Positions 27,250-39,603 are shown, numbered from the whole stretch's first letter. The stretch is DNA of 63,372 nt, filler included, from Diploschistes diacapsis (GCA_023645945.1; 9 parts of 9 records of this genome joined end to end with filler, not necessarily neighbours in it), one strand, 5' to 3'. Program-made: numbers and translations. The notes: generated by a model from the sequence alone, not told the origin.

Positions 27250-27294
27250 GACAGGGACAGGGACAGGGACAGGAACAGGGACAGGGACAGGGAC
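27250..27294. repeat. (GACAGG)n hexamer microsatellite; further short repeats (GCAG, GATT, AAAGT) at about 27507-27526, 27595-27620 and 28059-28083
   Basis: Directly visible, upstream of CDC25. Confidence 0.85.
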
Positions 27295-28165
27295 AAGGAG
27301 AGGACAGCTGCCCTTGTAGCACTCTCTGTTTCCCGTGGTCTGTATACCAGGACAGATCGGTTTGTATCAAGGGGCGCTTTATTTTGGAGAAAACGAGAGA
27401 TAGGGCAGATGAAGTAAGTATCTAGAGTTGGTATGTGCAGGTCAAGGTGGGATTAAGGCAGGTTGTGGTGGCCTTTCTGCGCACAAGTACAGTAATTGTC
27501 ACGGCGCAGGCAGGCAGGCAGGCAGGCGAGGTCTCGGACAATAAAGCCAGGGCGGGCGTAGGAATTGCCACTGACCGACTGACTACTTGAGTGACTGATT
27601 GACTGATTGACTGATTGACTGAGCGACTGAGTGGGCTTGCTTTGGGTATCTAGATACTGTGTCTGGTGCATTTCAAAGTTAATGCCTTTGCCGGCAGTCA
27701 GTCACACACAACTTGCTTCCATCTCATTCCAGCACTTGATGATACAGCACGATGGTATGGTGTGGGAACGGAGTCCGCCGGGCCTGCTCTGCTCCCGTAA
27801 CGGTAACGGTAAAATCGTAATCGGCAGAGGCAGAGCACAACAACGTAAGAAACAACCATAAGACCTCTCTCCTCCACAAATATTCTTCTTTTCCTTGTCT
27901 GTTCTACATGTAGATAATCCAATCACTGCGCTTGTAGGACTCAAATGCATGTCCAAGCGACCAAACTCCCAGATGTTACCTCGCTTCGTTGACTACATTT
28001 TCGCTAAGATACTGCAAGCACAAAGCAGGCATTGTTTTGGAAGAGAACGCATGTACAGTAAAGTAAAGTAAAGTAAAGTAAAGAAAGAGCAAAGCAAGCG
28101 GAGGGAGAAACAATGCCTTATGGGCTGACTAACCCGAAGTTTCCCCATTCTCTCCCCCCTTTCCC

Positions 28166-28265
28166 NNNNNNNNNNNNNNNNNNNNNNNNNNNNNNNNNNN
28201 NNNNNNNNNTTAATTAATTAANNNNNNNNNNNNNNNNNNNNNNNNNNNNNNNNNNNNNNNNNNNN
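28166..28265. other. Artificial contig spacer
   Basis: Same 100-nt linker. Confidence 0.99.
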
Positions 28266-28814
28266 GAAGGGGGGAAGGGGCACCTTTCGGGAGAAGGCTG
28301 CCAAATAATTGGATAGCTACGCACGTGCTTGCTTGGACCCGAGGGGGGTGGTGGTGGTGGTGTGTTCTAGATCCCGTTTAAGCTGACGCAGGAGTTGCGC
28401 ATTAGTGGATGTGCTGGGCTTTCATGATGCTGCAGCGGGGCGAAGTCCTTTAGTGCTGCTAATGTTAACATCTGGGTACTTTTTGAATGTGTGACGATGC
28501 GTGGAATGATGGAGTGTTGTTGACCTGAAGCGAAGCTAGAAATCCTAATGAAGTCCCGCTTCACGTGAAAAGGGCTGGTAGTACGTACTCGATAGTCAGG
28601 TAAACAACAACAATGGCACGGACAGATACGTAGATAAGTTTGCATATTAAGACTAACTCTATGCTGAGCGCATGCTAAGCGAATTCGTGAATGAATCTTC
28701 CGAAACAGAACAGAAGTAAATTTATCGGTACGGGTCCCGTATTACCTGGGAATGCTTCAGCTTTCTATCCGCCTACTCTTTCCCTTCATCCCCGAATAAA
28801 GCTTGAAATCAAGC

Positions 28815-29748
28815 TTAGCTCGCGGCAGCAGCATTGGCGGTAGCAGTCGCCGTAGTAGCCTTCTTGCCCTTACCCTTCTTTCCCTTCTTTCCCTTCTTGC
28901 CCTTCTTGCCCTTCTTCGCCGTCTTGGCGGCGGCGTCCTCGACCTGGCGCTCGGATAGATCGGAGAGCTCGGCATCGTTGACGAGAGGTGCAGACTCGGC
29001 GTCACGCCCTGTCACGGAGGATCCTTCTTCCTCATCGCAGGTGTTGGCCTTAGGCTCGGCATCGGCCCAAGCTTCGGGGTCGGGGTAGGACTCGGCTTTA
29101 CGGGGAACGATGGTGATGGTGTCGCCGTGGGCGTTGATGGTTTGTGGCTGAGCACTGCCAGGGGTGGCGGCGCCCGTGCTGTTACCGGCTGCTCCGTTGT
29201 TGGCGGCGGCAGTACCGTTTTTGGCCGCCCCATTGTTATTGTTGTTCTTGCCCTTCTTGGCCTTCTTTCCTTTCTTGCCCTTTTCCCCCTTTTTCCCCTT
29301 CTTGCCTTTCATGCCACCGTTGTGGGCATTGGCAGTGCCATTGTTGGCATTAGCAGTGCCATTGCTTGCATTAGCAGTGCCGTTGCTGGCGTTGTGGTTG
29401 CCATGCCCAGCGGCCACGGCTGTACCATTTTTGTTACTGTTGTTGCCGCTCATGTTCTTCTTCTTGTCCCCCTTCTTCGCGTCAGCGACAGCTGTCTCGG
29501 CGTCTTCCTCGCGTGTATCGAAGAAAGCGGAGGCACCTCGGCCTTCCACGGCGGCTACAACAGAGCGTGCAACGACTGCAGGGCCACCCTGGGGTACGAA
29601 TCAGTAATCTTGTGCAGCTGCATTTGAGCACTATGTAAGAACCCACCACATGGCGACGCTCAACCGCGTTTACGTCCACTTCCTGGGCACCAACCAAGAA
29701 GGCCGATGCCGAGAGAAGGGCAATAAGCGGAAGATAAGAGAATTGCAT
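28815..29748 (-). CDS. Secreted low-complexity protein with (KGK)n and (ANNGT)-like repeats; 2 exons (29748-29647, 29588-28815)
   Basis: Signal peptide MQFSYLPLIALLSASAFLVGA. Intron GTGGGT...CTGAT...CAG joins in frame to ORF 28815..29549. Confidence 0.85.
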
Positions 29749-31040
29749 CTTGAACTGGACCAGCCGATGATGAACGGATAAGTCTAACTTGTAGGGAGGA
29801 AATGCACAGCAAATCAAAGAATGTAATGCAATGCAATTGGTCCGAAAGAAAAGGCACAGCCAAGAGCTTCAGATACAAGAGAGAAAGCGAAAGTCCTGCT
29901 TGATGAAGCAAAAACTAAAATATGCAGGAACGAAATGGGTTTTATAATGTGGAAACTAGACAGCTTGAAAGCTTGGATCAGCATTGTCTTGCGTGTGCAA
30001 CTCAGCACTATGGTTGCCATATTCGGAAGCTTATTACGTATCACTCAGGTACGATATGCTTCAGGTTCCCCGTGCCTTGAACATCGCCACAGAGCGGATA
30101 CCACCAAGATAGTGTACGAAGGCCTGACCGGTAGATCAAAGTCACCCACTTACGCAACCAGTGTTTGGGAGCAATGCTCAAGGTGGAGAAAAACAGACTC
30201 AAGGAGAATTGACAGGGAACGTATTGGAGGAGCAATCGCCAGAAGGACCGCGCATGAGCGAGAGACGTTGGGATATTGCATCCCAAACAAGAGGCCGTAC
30301 CATAAACCTAGAACGAAGTGTCCTTAAATGGGAAGCCGTGGGATAATTAAGAGCGAAGGATTCCTACGCTCTGCTTAACACGAGCATTATCCGACATTAG
30401 TTCATGAATGCAAGTAGTTGAAAGGAACAGAAAGGCACGAAGCCTACTATGAGTGCGTACCTGGCATCCTCTTGCTATTTTTGCCATCCCCATTCGATAA
30501 GCGCTTTCTGTTCCGGTTAGGGTTATTCTGCATCGATTTGATGCTGGACACAGCATATGATAGTTCTCGGCAAACTTTGTTATTGACTAGCTTGCCGAGT
30601 TTGAGTATTCAGTTGGTAAGGGTTATGGTGCATAGTGTGTGTGAGGTTCCTGGCCGTGCATAAACGCGGATTGCCAGTGTTGTGTAAAGTTGGTATCTGG
30701 CGGGAAGCCCACAGCAGATTGCGGTCGTAGATAGTCCATATAGAGTTTATCTTAATCTCCCTCTAAGCTGTAAACATTAAAGGCAATGCAGTAGCCAGGC
30801 AGAATAAGATGTTGGGTTTAGAAAGAAGTAGGGAGAAGAAGGAATCAAGAGAACAGAAGATTAGGGACGCGGAGACGATGGCGTGTGCCTTAAGAATTGG
30901 TAAAATTGATGGATGCTCGACATCGTTACTTCTCACGAAGATTTTTGCATAAAAATAAGTTCGATAGAAGTTCATATAGATAAAAACATTTTGGAACTCT
31001 TAAGGTATACGGATGTGATTCTAGTTTCCAGATGACTCGG

Positions 31041-31185
31041 TTGAAAACGAGTAGCGCTTTCCAGCTACTCTATTTCAAAACGAGCTGAGCGCGATGCTGA
31101 AACAGCCACATATCTTGGCAATACGAGCTGAAAAGTGCTGCTTGTTTTTAAAACCGGGGAGCCGTAAAGCGCTACTTGTTTTCAA
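31041..31185. repeat. 20-bp inverted repeat enclosing ~105 bp (MITE-like)
   Basis: TTGAAAACGAGTAGCGCTTT (31041-31060) vs AAAGCGCTACTTGTTTTCAA (31166-31185), one mismatch. Confidence 0.7.
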
Positions 31186-31534
31186 TACATTGGAGACGCT
31201 AGCCTAAAGGAGGGTGGTAACCTGTCTTCGTAAAACAGCAACCTAAACCTCTCTTTTCGAGAGCCAAATTACCGTCCACATAGCAAATCCGCGTACGCAT
31301 TGCGATGGCTATGGGCCACCATCGTTCGTTCGCGCAAACAAGCTGAAAGGCGAAGTAGTCACCCTTATGTCTTAGTGCCTGCCAATTTTGTGCTGGCAGG
31401 CACTAGATAGTTTTTGGTATAGTAACAAAAGATGAACTACTTAATATTATCAGGCATCATTTCTACGTCGCAAAAGTATAGTTCTTTCTTTATTCTCTTA
31501 CTCTTCTTTTTCGTCCATTACTATATAACCAAAC

Positions 31535-33491
31535 ATGATTGAAGAGGTTATCATTCATACTACACTGGTTACTGTTTGTAACTTAAGCATAGCAGATATC
31601 AAGCGTTACCTCGAGAAAGCTACTTTAGCCGCCGCAAAGCTAGGCGAAATAATTAACTCATTAAAAGATACTTCAATTGTAAACTTGCGTGCTGATCTGG
31701 GCAATACAAGCCAAAGCACCAGCTTATCCCTACTTGAGCGGGAACACTTCGTGGAGCGCCTTCAAGCAAACGGTGCTTACAGATAACCTCAAGATGTCCT
31801 TCCGGACAATGAAGAATCGAATAACTTTATACCTGATGGCCTATTCAAGGTTGTTGTTACTGATGATCGACCTCATGACGAACTACCTAGGGACCAACCT
31901 CGAAACGGCTTTCCTGCAGAACGATCTAATGAAGAGTTACCTGATGACCGATCTCATAACGAGCTATCTAGGGACCAATCTCCAGACGTTCTTCGTAGAG
32001 ACCGGCCAAGTAGAGAGCTACCTAAAGACCGGTCCCAGGACAATCAACCTGAAGTTCAAACTCAAATCAATCAATCTCCCACGCATGTATCTAAGTAATT
32101 CATGACTATCCATAAGAGCAAGACTTTACTGATTACAGCAGGTTGCTTCATGACCTCGAAAAGAAAAAGCATAAGGTTACTAAACTCGTCAAGAGATGCG
32201 TGTGTGATGCGCTTAAAATCCCAAAGCAATCTCATCATAAAGATCACCGCCTTAGGGATCTCTTGATACCTCAGTATAACACAATAGTCGTTAAGTTTCG
32301 AAAGGCGCTAGCCAGAAGGTCTCTTGCTTTTTAATATAAGTCCTGGTTGGTAAATACAATTAGAGCGATAAAGCCGTTCACATACCTTTTGAATCAAAAT
32401 TCTGACAAGTTTAGGTATCTTAGAGCTTTTATAAATAGCATGAGATTCGACGATACAACCGAGGATCACATTCGCGTAGGCACGAAAGCATTGATACTAG
32501 AAGATTTATGTGAAACCTCGATTATTTTAGCAGTCTTGAGCTTCTTTTATACACTGTTTCGTGCGGTGAGCTTTTAGAATCTAAATGAGCTTATATATGC
32601 CTTTTGCAAATCCAGTTGTCTACGGGACCGGAACGACTTAAAGACACGGGCTTGGATCCAGGCTTACATAAAGGAGTACGACAGCGGCAACAATTTCCAA
32701 GAGAATACAGGACATGTATGCCAGTTGAACGAGCCACAAACATCCAAGAAAAGAAAGGCAGGACAGCATTTTCGGCAAGTGCGACGAGGTCCATCGTCGG
32801 GATTATCCAATCACTTATTTTGTATGCACGCGTCTGACTCAGACTTGCAAACGCAAACTTCAATAGACTATTTAACTCACGAAGGGTCATCTGTCGATAC
32901 TTACAGGGGCAGCCATGGTACAGTCTCTTCTGCGGACCATATCATTTTCGAACAGAACTCGGCGAATGATAAGAGAACTAAAGCAGGTGAATCTCAATTT
33001 ACAACGGAGAAAGTGGCTGCTCTACAACCGACGCTTAATCGAAGACTTACAGCCAATGCTTTACAAGGCCGAGATCCAGAAACAGAGAATATCAATTCTG
33101 ACAACACGCTCCCAGATGCCCTATCTGACCAACCCGTGCAGCCATCAGGACAAGATCAGCCTGGGTACGTCCAGGCATCGTTTGTACCACAAGCCAGATC
33201 CGGCGCCATGGCTTCCAACATTCCATTCATTCAAACGCTTCCCGACTACCGTTTTGCCTATATAAGCGCTAAAGATACTTCTCTTATGATAACCGAGTAT
33301 GGTTTCCCCAACAGAATCGAACAGAGCTGGCCTATGATGGCCGAGTATAACTTCCCAATCATAGATGGTCAGGCTTGGCCTATAATGGCCGAGTATAACT
33401 CCCCAATCATGGATGGTTAGACTTAGCCTATGATGGCCGAGTATAATTCCCCAATCATGGATAGTCAGACTTGGACTATAATGATCGATTA
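31535..33491 (+). pseudogene. RIP-inactivated unknown gene (~635 codons, intron 32095-32141)
   Basis: ORFs 31535.., 32143.., 32347.. and 32725.. form one spliced frame broken only by TAA/TAG at 31784, 32332, 32575, 33418 and 33424; there are no frameshifts. Confidence 0.75.
33283..33486 (+). repeat. 48-bp tandem repeat, ~4 copies (encoding WPMMAEYNxPIxDGQx)
   Basis: Unit CTATGATGGCCGAGTATAACTTCCCAATCATAGATGGTCAGGCTTGGC; the three well-conserved copies differ mostly by transitions. Confidence 0.9.
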
Positions 33492-34017
33492 ATCACTAGG
33501 TTGAGCTGCTTTGACCGAAATCTTCTCAAACTGGAGTACGATCGCCAAACCACCTCCACCTTTCTCGAAATGATGTACTGTATCACCGGAAAAATGTGTC
33601 CAGTTTCCTTTCGACAATTTCGCCAATCCAGAGCCCCATTTTGTATATCCGTTATCCTCTTCGAGCTCATCCAGCGCAATCAAAACGATATGTTTATCCG
33701 ATCCATATCCTGTTGACATGCCACTTACTGTTTTCTTAGGGTATATCATGGGCCAGGAATCGGACGCGGTAGCTCTGGGTTCGGCAAACTGCGTTAAAAC
33801 TTTCAAGTTATTTTCGTCCTACACTTCGTTAATGATTGTATGATGATGACTCGTGGTCTCGTCGGACATTCAGCCATGCTGTGACAACTTCCCTAGTAGC
33901 GTCGGTGTGTGACAACTTGAGCGTAACGACCTGATATTTCTGCTGGAGAACCTCCTCTCGTACTTCTCCCAAGGACTTTGCAGCAGCGCCTACCTTTTGT
34001 AGGAAAGAGGTAGTCAT
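33489..34017 (-). pseudogene. Possible degraded small gene
   Basis: Protein-like ORF pieces 33829..34017 and 33489..33806; the latter frame extends upstream through a single TAG. No family recognised. Confidence 0.35.
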
Positions 34018-34765
34018 CGTGAATAGACGGTCCCTATCGATGTATTGTCGCGCAGCATATGGGATTTCAACCCGTTCAAGATGGATATGATGGCTTGTGC
34101 AATGTTGGCGGGGCTCTACTCACTCTGACGTCCGAGGCAGCGGCTGCACGTGCTACATCTTGACTACGGAAGAAATAATAACCGACTATAAGATGGAGGA
34201 TAAATACAATTTGGTAAAGGGTCACGTGTCAGATCATACAGAATCGAGGATTTTTAAAAGTTTATCTTCGGGTTATCGGGACACTGCGTACGATCTTTTA
34301 AAAACAGTAACAAATGATCATTCTCTATCATTGCATTTCGGCTAATGTCGTCCTCAGGAATTATATTAATGGGACTTTAGTTCTTTCCGATACCTTTATA
34401 CGAGAACGAATTAACTATAATATAGGATTATCTATACGTCTCACAGACGATTTCTACCAGCTAAATCTTAGTTCCTTAATGTTGCTCTTTTCTAAGATAC
34501 CGTCGTAACCGTTCTTTGCTTTATAACGCTATATTCTTATTATTTTTTATATATTACATTTACTGCTTACCCGTTTCTTTGTTTTAATACTTTGAGTCTC
34601 GTTGCACTTTTATACCCTTTAACGGATTTATATATTTATAGTGGCCTATATACCTTAATTAAAATATATCGCAGACTACACTATTTCTACGTCGTATTTG
34701 CCGTTTTTTCTTGCTTTAGCTTAATCTTATACTTACATCTACATTCTTACGCCAGTTTCTACAAC

Positions 34766-35000
34766 ATGGACGAAGAAAATTCTACTATACGTAATCGCCG
34801 GTAAAAGGGCATAGGCAGGTACTCGAGCACGGGTTGCATAACTTGCAAGTAAGATACTATAGCAATTATTCGCTCGCTAAAAATCGGGCACTAACATAGC
34901 TAACAAACAGAACACGAAGAATAAAATGTAATAAAGGAAAGCTAGTATGTAGTAAGTGCGTCGACTCTGAACGCGAATATGAGGGATATCGACGCGAGTG
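34766..35000 (+). pseudogene. RIP-mutated Zn2Cys6 DNA-binding domain remnant (intron 34849-34910)
   Basis: Splices to STGCITCK|TRRIKCNKGKLVCSKCVDSEREYEGY, matching the xGCxTCKxRRIKCDExKPxCxxCxxSxxxCxGY pattern with transition changes; in-frame TAA at 34802. Confidence 0.8.
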
Positions 35001-35221
35001 TAAGGAATATAAACAAATTACTTTCTAAAATGGTTAAAGACCCAAAAAATACCGCGCGAGCTTTCAAAATTTTCGTCGAGAAAGCTCTTCTCGTGTCACT
35101 AATCCGGAAACTAGATCCATTAAAAATAATAAAGAAAGTACGCCCGTCTAATTTTTCTAAAAATATACAATTATCGGATTTTTTAATTATTTAATTTCGG
35201 ATTTTTAGTTCCGGCTTATAT

Positions 35222-35321
35222 NNNNNNNNNNNNNNNNNNNNNNNNNNNNNNNNNNNNNNNNNNNNTTAATTAATTAANNNNNNNNNNNNNNNNNNNNNNN
35301 NNNNNNNNNNNNNNNNNNNNN
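35222..35321. other. Artificial contig spacer
   Basis: Same 100-nt linker. Confidence 0.99.
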
Positions 35322-36960
35322 TAATAATATCGAGTCGTTTCGATTCGAAGCGGCCATTATAGAGAAAAAACGAAAAAAAAATTAATATCGCACTGTGAGA
35401 TGGCCCAGATGGGGGGGTGGTTTAGATGACCGTGAAACACGTTATATAAGGATAAAAATAGGATATTAATAAGTGATTTCCGCGAAGAACGAGAGCTTAA
35501 CGTGTTAATTAAATTTATTTATATAAGGGATTAAGATATTGTTAATATGACGTGTTTGACGGGGATTCCGGTTATCCCCAGATTCCGGCTACCTTAAATC
35601 ATTATTTTCATCTTATATTCCATTTTCCTTAATAATAATTACCTCGCATCGTAATAATTGGGTTTTAATAAAATTTAATATCAACGACTGTTTATTGGCC
35701 CTAAAATTATAATAATGTAAGGGGTAGAATACGACAATATGGCAAGATGGCTATACGCAGGGTAGGTTCATGCTAGGACTAATTACTAAAGAAGAGGAGA
35801 GAGTAAGAAGGGCAAAATCCCCCTTTAAGTACCCGCAAGCCAAGACCCTAAGTGCCGCTTATCCGATTCTTAGCATGCTCCTTGCTTAGTTTAATAATTA
35901 TCTCTCGCTTTCTTATTCTAGTTCTCTAGAGCCATCTTCATAATCCTCCCTTTATCTATTAAAATAGATTAAATAATTAACTCGATTTATATAAAAGTTC
36001 GTGATGGTAACGATTTAAATCGAATTTATTATTTTTTTAATAAATAAAGAAAGGATTATGAATATAGCTCTAGGGGTTTAAAGTAAGAAAGGGAGAAATA
36101 ATTATAAGATTAAGTAAGGAGTATGTTAAGAGTCGGATAAGCGGCACTTAGGGTCTTGGCTTACGGGTACTTAAAGGGGGATTTTGCCCTTCTTATTCTC
36201 TCCTCTTATTTAGTAATTAGTCCTAGCATGAACCTACCCTGCGTGTAGCCATCTTGCCACATTGTCGTATTCTACCCCTTACATCATCACACCTCTTATC
36301 CAGCCCCTATATCCCTCTCGCCGCCTCCTCCTCCTCCTCCAAAAGCCCTCTACCCTTCCTTAACCCTTTATTACCCCATTTTTTCCTCCGTAGCCAACCA
36401 TCTAAGACATCCCCATCCTCCTTTTTCAACGATAACGACGCAGCGCCCCCGTTCATAAAACTAACGTTAATAATAAGACGCGCACGACAACCGAGCCGAA
36501 AAAAGGCGTCGCAACCGTAAGAAACGAGTTTTATTACGATAAATAAGCGACGGAAACAAGAGGCTATCAAAATTAAAATAAAGAAAAAAACGGCAGCGAT
36601 AATAGCAATAACGGCAACGAAGAATTAAAAAACGGCGGCAAGAAACACGACGAAAAAGACGACGGCGACAAGATCTATAAAGATATTAATATAAAAATAG
36701 AAAATAAATAAATAAAATATAAGACGCGCAGGATTAATTAATAATTAATAATATCGCAAAAAGGTTATCTAGATATTAATTATCTAAATAACCTAATAAA
36801 CGATATATTAAACTTTAAAAAAGAATTCTAAAATATATAAAAAAAAGAGTTTTAATAATAAGAAATGTTATCACGTGATATAAATACTAAATAACTTAAG
36901 AAAATGCATATATAAATTTATATAGGACCTAACTTAGCGTGTATACAAATTAATTATCAG
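35322..36960. mobile_element. AT-rich, RIP-like transposon debris with two pogo/Fot1-type terminal repeats (35400-35442, 35550-35593) and a foldback element
   Basis: The region is TpA-rich. The ends read ACGTGTTT(G/C)ACGG... with internal direct sub-repeats; the first is flanked by TA. Confidence 0.7.
35708..36291. repeat. ~580-bp near-complete palindrome (foldback)
   Basis: TGTAAGGGGTAGAATACGACAAT... at 35716 is the reverse complement of ...ATTGTCGTATTCTACCCCTTACA ending at 36283. Pairing continues to a ~25-bp spacer near 36000. Confidence 0.95.
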
Positions 36961-37699
36961 CCTTACAAGGTTTGTATGGACGGGGTGGGGAACAGGTGGT
37001 GCTTCCGAATTGCCCTGAGACCAAACCCACCTTGATCGATACCTCGTGTCTACTTTGTAGAGATAGAGATCATAACACTAACGCGGTCGATAATGAATAG
37101 CTTGTACCAAATCCACTCACTCCACCCCATCCTCCTTTCCTATTCCACCGTATCTTCGTATCTTCGAACTCATTTAAATGCTAGTAATAATAATGATTAA
37201 ATTTTAATTATGAAATTTAATATAAATAGATTTTAAGTCCTTTTTAGATACCTTATTTATCAATTTTTGTTATTGATTATATTGTGTTTTGCGTCCCTCC
37301 GCCCTTTTTTAAAAAGTTTTCCTCTTAAAGCTGTATCTTAGTGAAATGGAGGCTGCTTGCGGCCTCGCAGGATGCTGCTTTAAGCCTCTTTTGCGCCACA
37401 AACACCTCTGCTGGTGTCCCGCGCCACCTTGCGACCGACCAAGCATCGTGTTTGAGAGATCAAGGGCCTTGTCTGTAGATGTCAATTTAATTTCAGCCAA
37501 CCAGAACGCTAGATATTAATTCCATCGAAGCCACTCGAAAGCAGGCTTTGAAACATGAAGAAAAGCTGCTTAAATATAGCAGGCAGAAAAGAAATCGGCG
37601 TATCGGACAGATCCTCACCACCATGTCTTCATGTTCAGACATTTTTGGTACATTCTTTGAAAATCAACGTGTCATAAGAACAGGAACTCCATCCAAATC

Positions 37700-39603
37700 C
37701 TATCTGGACTCTGTACGTTCCACGATGCGGATCGGAAGCTCCTTGTCCATGAAGATTCCAACATTCGCACTCACGCCATGATACAGTAGCCCAAGAGCCG
37801 AATCTCTAGTCTTTTCCCAAGCCTCCTTTACGTCGCCACCGCAGGCCTTCAGCGTGCTTTCGTCAACGATCAGTTCCAGAGAATTCGATTTGAATATCTT
37901 CGCCATGATCGCCGTCATTTCCACCAGCGCAAACTTTCTACCGATGCATGACCTTGCCCCTTGACCAAACGGGAACCACAGTGGAACATCCTTCTCTCCC
38001 CTTCTGGAAGGTGCCTGCTTGCCCAGCCACCTGGACGGGTCGAAACCAAGGGCAGGTGTGTTGTTCAGTTCTGGAAGCTTTTGTGCGAGACCGTTGCTAC
38101 CGCCCCATCGTTCTGGATCGTGGAATGTGGCGGCAAAGTTGATCAGAGTCAGCGTATCTTTTGGAATGGTATGAGCGTGACCCCCGGAATCCGTAACGCT
38201 CATATTTTCTACTGTTCCTCGCATGGCCCATTGATTGACACAGTACAGTCTCAAGACTTCTTTCTGGACTGCTCCGACATAACCTTTCTGCAGAATGGGG
38301 AAATCCTCCTCGATGTTCCAGTCTTCGCTTGGTCTCTCACCCAATTGCTCGTCCAGTTCCTGCTGTATACGCATTTGGCTCTCCGGGTAAACGGCAAGTA
38401 AGAGGAGAATGAAGGTGACGGTACTGCCTATGGTTTCGTAGCCGGCCAGTAAGGTAAAGAAAATATCGCCCAAAACGTTCTCTTTGGTGAGCGATTGATC
38501 ACGCGGTGCGCCTGGCTCTGGGACTCCGGCAACGACTATTGATTCTACACTGATTTAGCTTGTAATGCGGAAGGTAAAAGTTCTCTGGGTCACTACCTAG
38601 GATGCTTTTGTCCCTCCTAGCCCGGACTTCATCCAATCGAGCGATAACGCCTTCTCGAAGTTCGTCCATATACTGCGTCCATTCCACAAAGGCGGTGTAA
38701 GCGTCTCTGAAGTACCTCAAGGGGACACTTTTGAGCAATGGCCGTGGGATCATGAAGATAAACCCTAAAAGGTCAAGGAAGGTAAACAAGGCTTCCTCGT
38801 ACTTTAACGTGTGTCCGATAGGTGGTTGCTTTTGACTTGTTTCGTAATCTTGCCAATGCAGTCTTCTACCAAAACAACTGCTAGAGATTACGTGAAGCGC
38901 CAATCGCGATGACCATTTCTGAAGGTTTGGGACGACAGAACCCTGCTCAGCCAAATTCTCGAGGAGGGACCCAGTCTGGTCTATACTTTCTTTCCAAACC
39001 TTCGTGTTGATGCTGGAGTTGAAGCCTGCACTGATTACCTTACGGTGAAGCTTCCACTCCTCTCCTTCTGTCGAGCCCAGACTTGGCCCCCAGATATCAA
39101 ACAGTCTGGCAAGGTGCAGCGGTGTTTGGCATTTGTCATGCTGTACCAGCAGCTGGTTGAGAACGGAGGGATCGCTTGACCATAAGATGTTTCCGTTTGG
39201 CGTCGCCAATACGAAGGTTTGACTTCCTGCATATTTGAAAGGCCGGTAACTGGTTTTCCAAATCGACCAGACCTGCGCCATTCTGAAACAGCTCAGTCCC
39301 AAAAGCCGCTCTGACATGATTCAACTTACGAAAGCCACGGCTCCTTTAACCGTGTTGGCAGTAACTTGAGGGCGGGCAACAGAACCGGGTGGATCACAAG
39401 CCACCATGCGTCTGTGATATAGATCCTGTGTAGATTTTCTGTCAGTATAGCACATATTGAGAGATGGCTTGTGGTTCATACGGTGAACAGAACACTGGGA
39501 ATCCTGTCGTGCATGCAGCTACGTAATTGTTTCTCCATGCTTGGGCCTTGTAGAGAAACCCCGTCACAAGTAGTGTTACAAAGCTAGTAATGAAAAAATT
39601 CAT
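37700..39603 (-). CDS. Cytochrome P450 monooxygenase (4 exons)
   Basis: N-terminal membrane anchor, GEEWKLHRK, I-helix FTLLAGYET, KEVLRLY, FDPSRW and heme motif PFGQGARSCIG. Confidence 0.93.

Noticed and set aside
33283..33486. 48-bp repeats as a CRISPR array
   Set aside because: The units are contiguous and in frame with no unique spacers, in a eukaryotic context without cas genes.
31535..33491. In-frame TAA/TAG as an alternative genetic code or recoding
   Set aside because: Intact genes in the window terminate at TAA/TAG, and sister repeat copies show the stops arose by transition.
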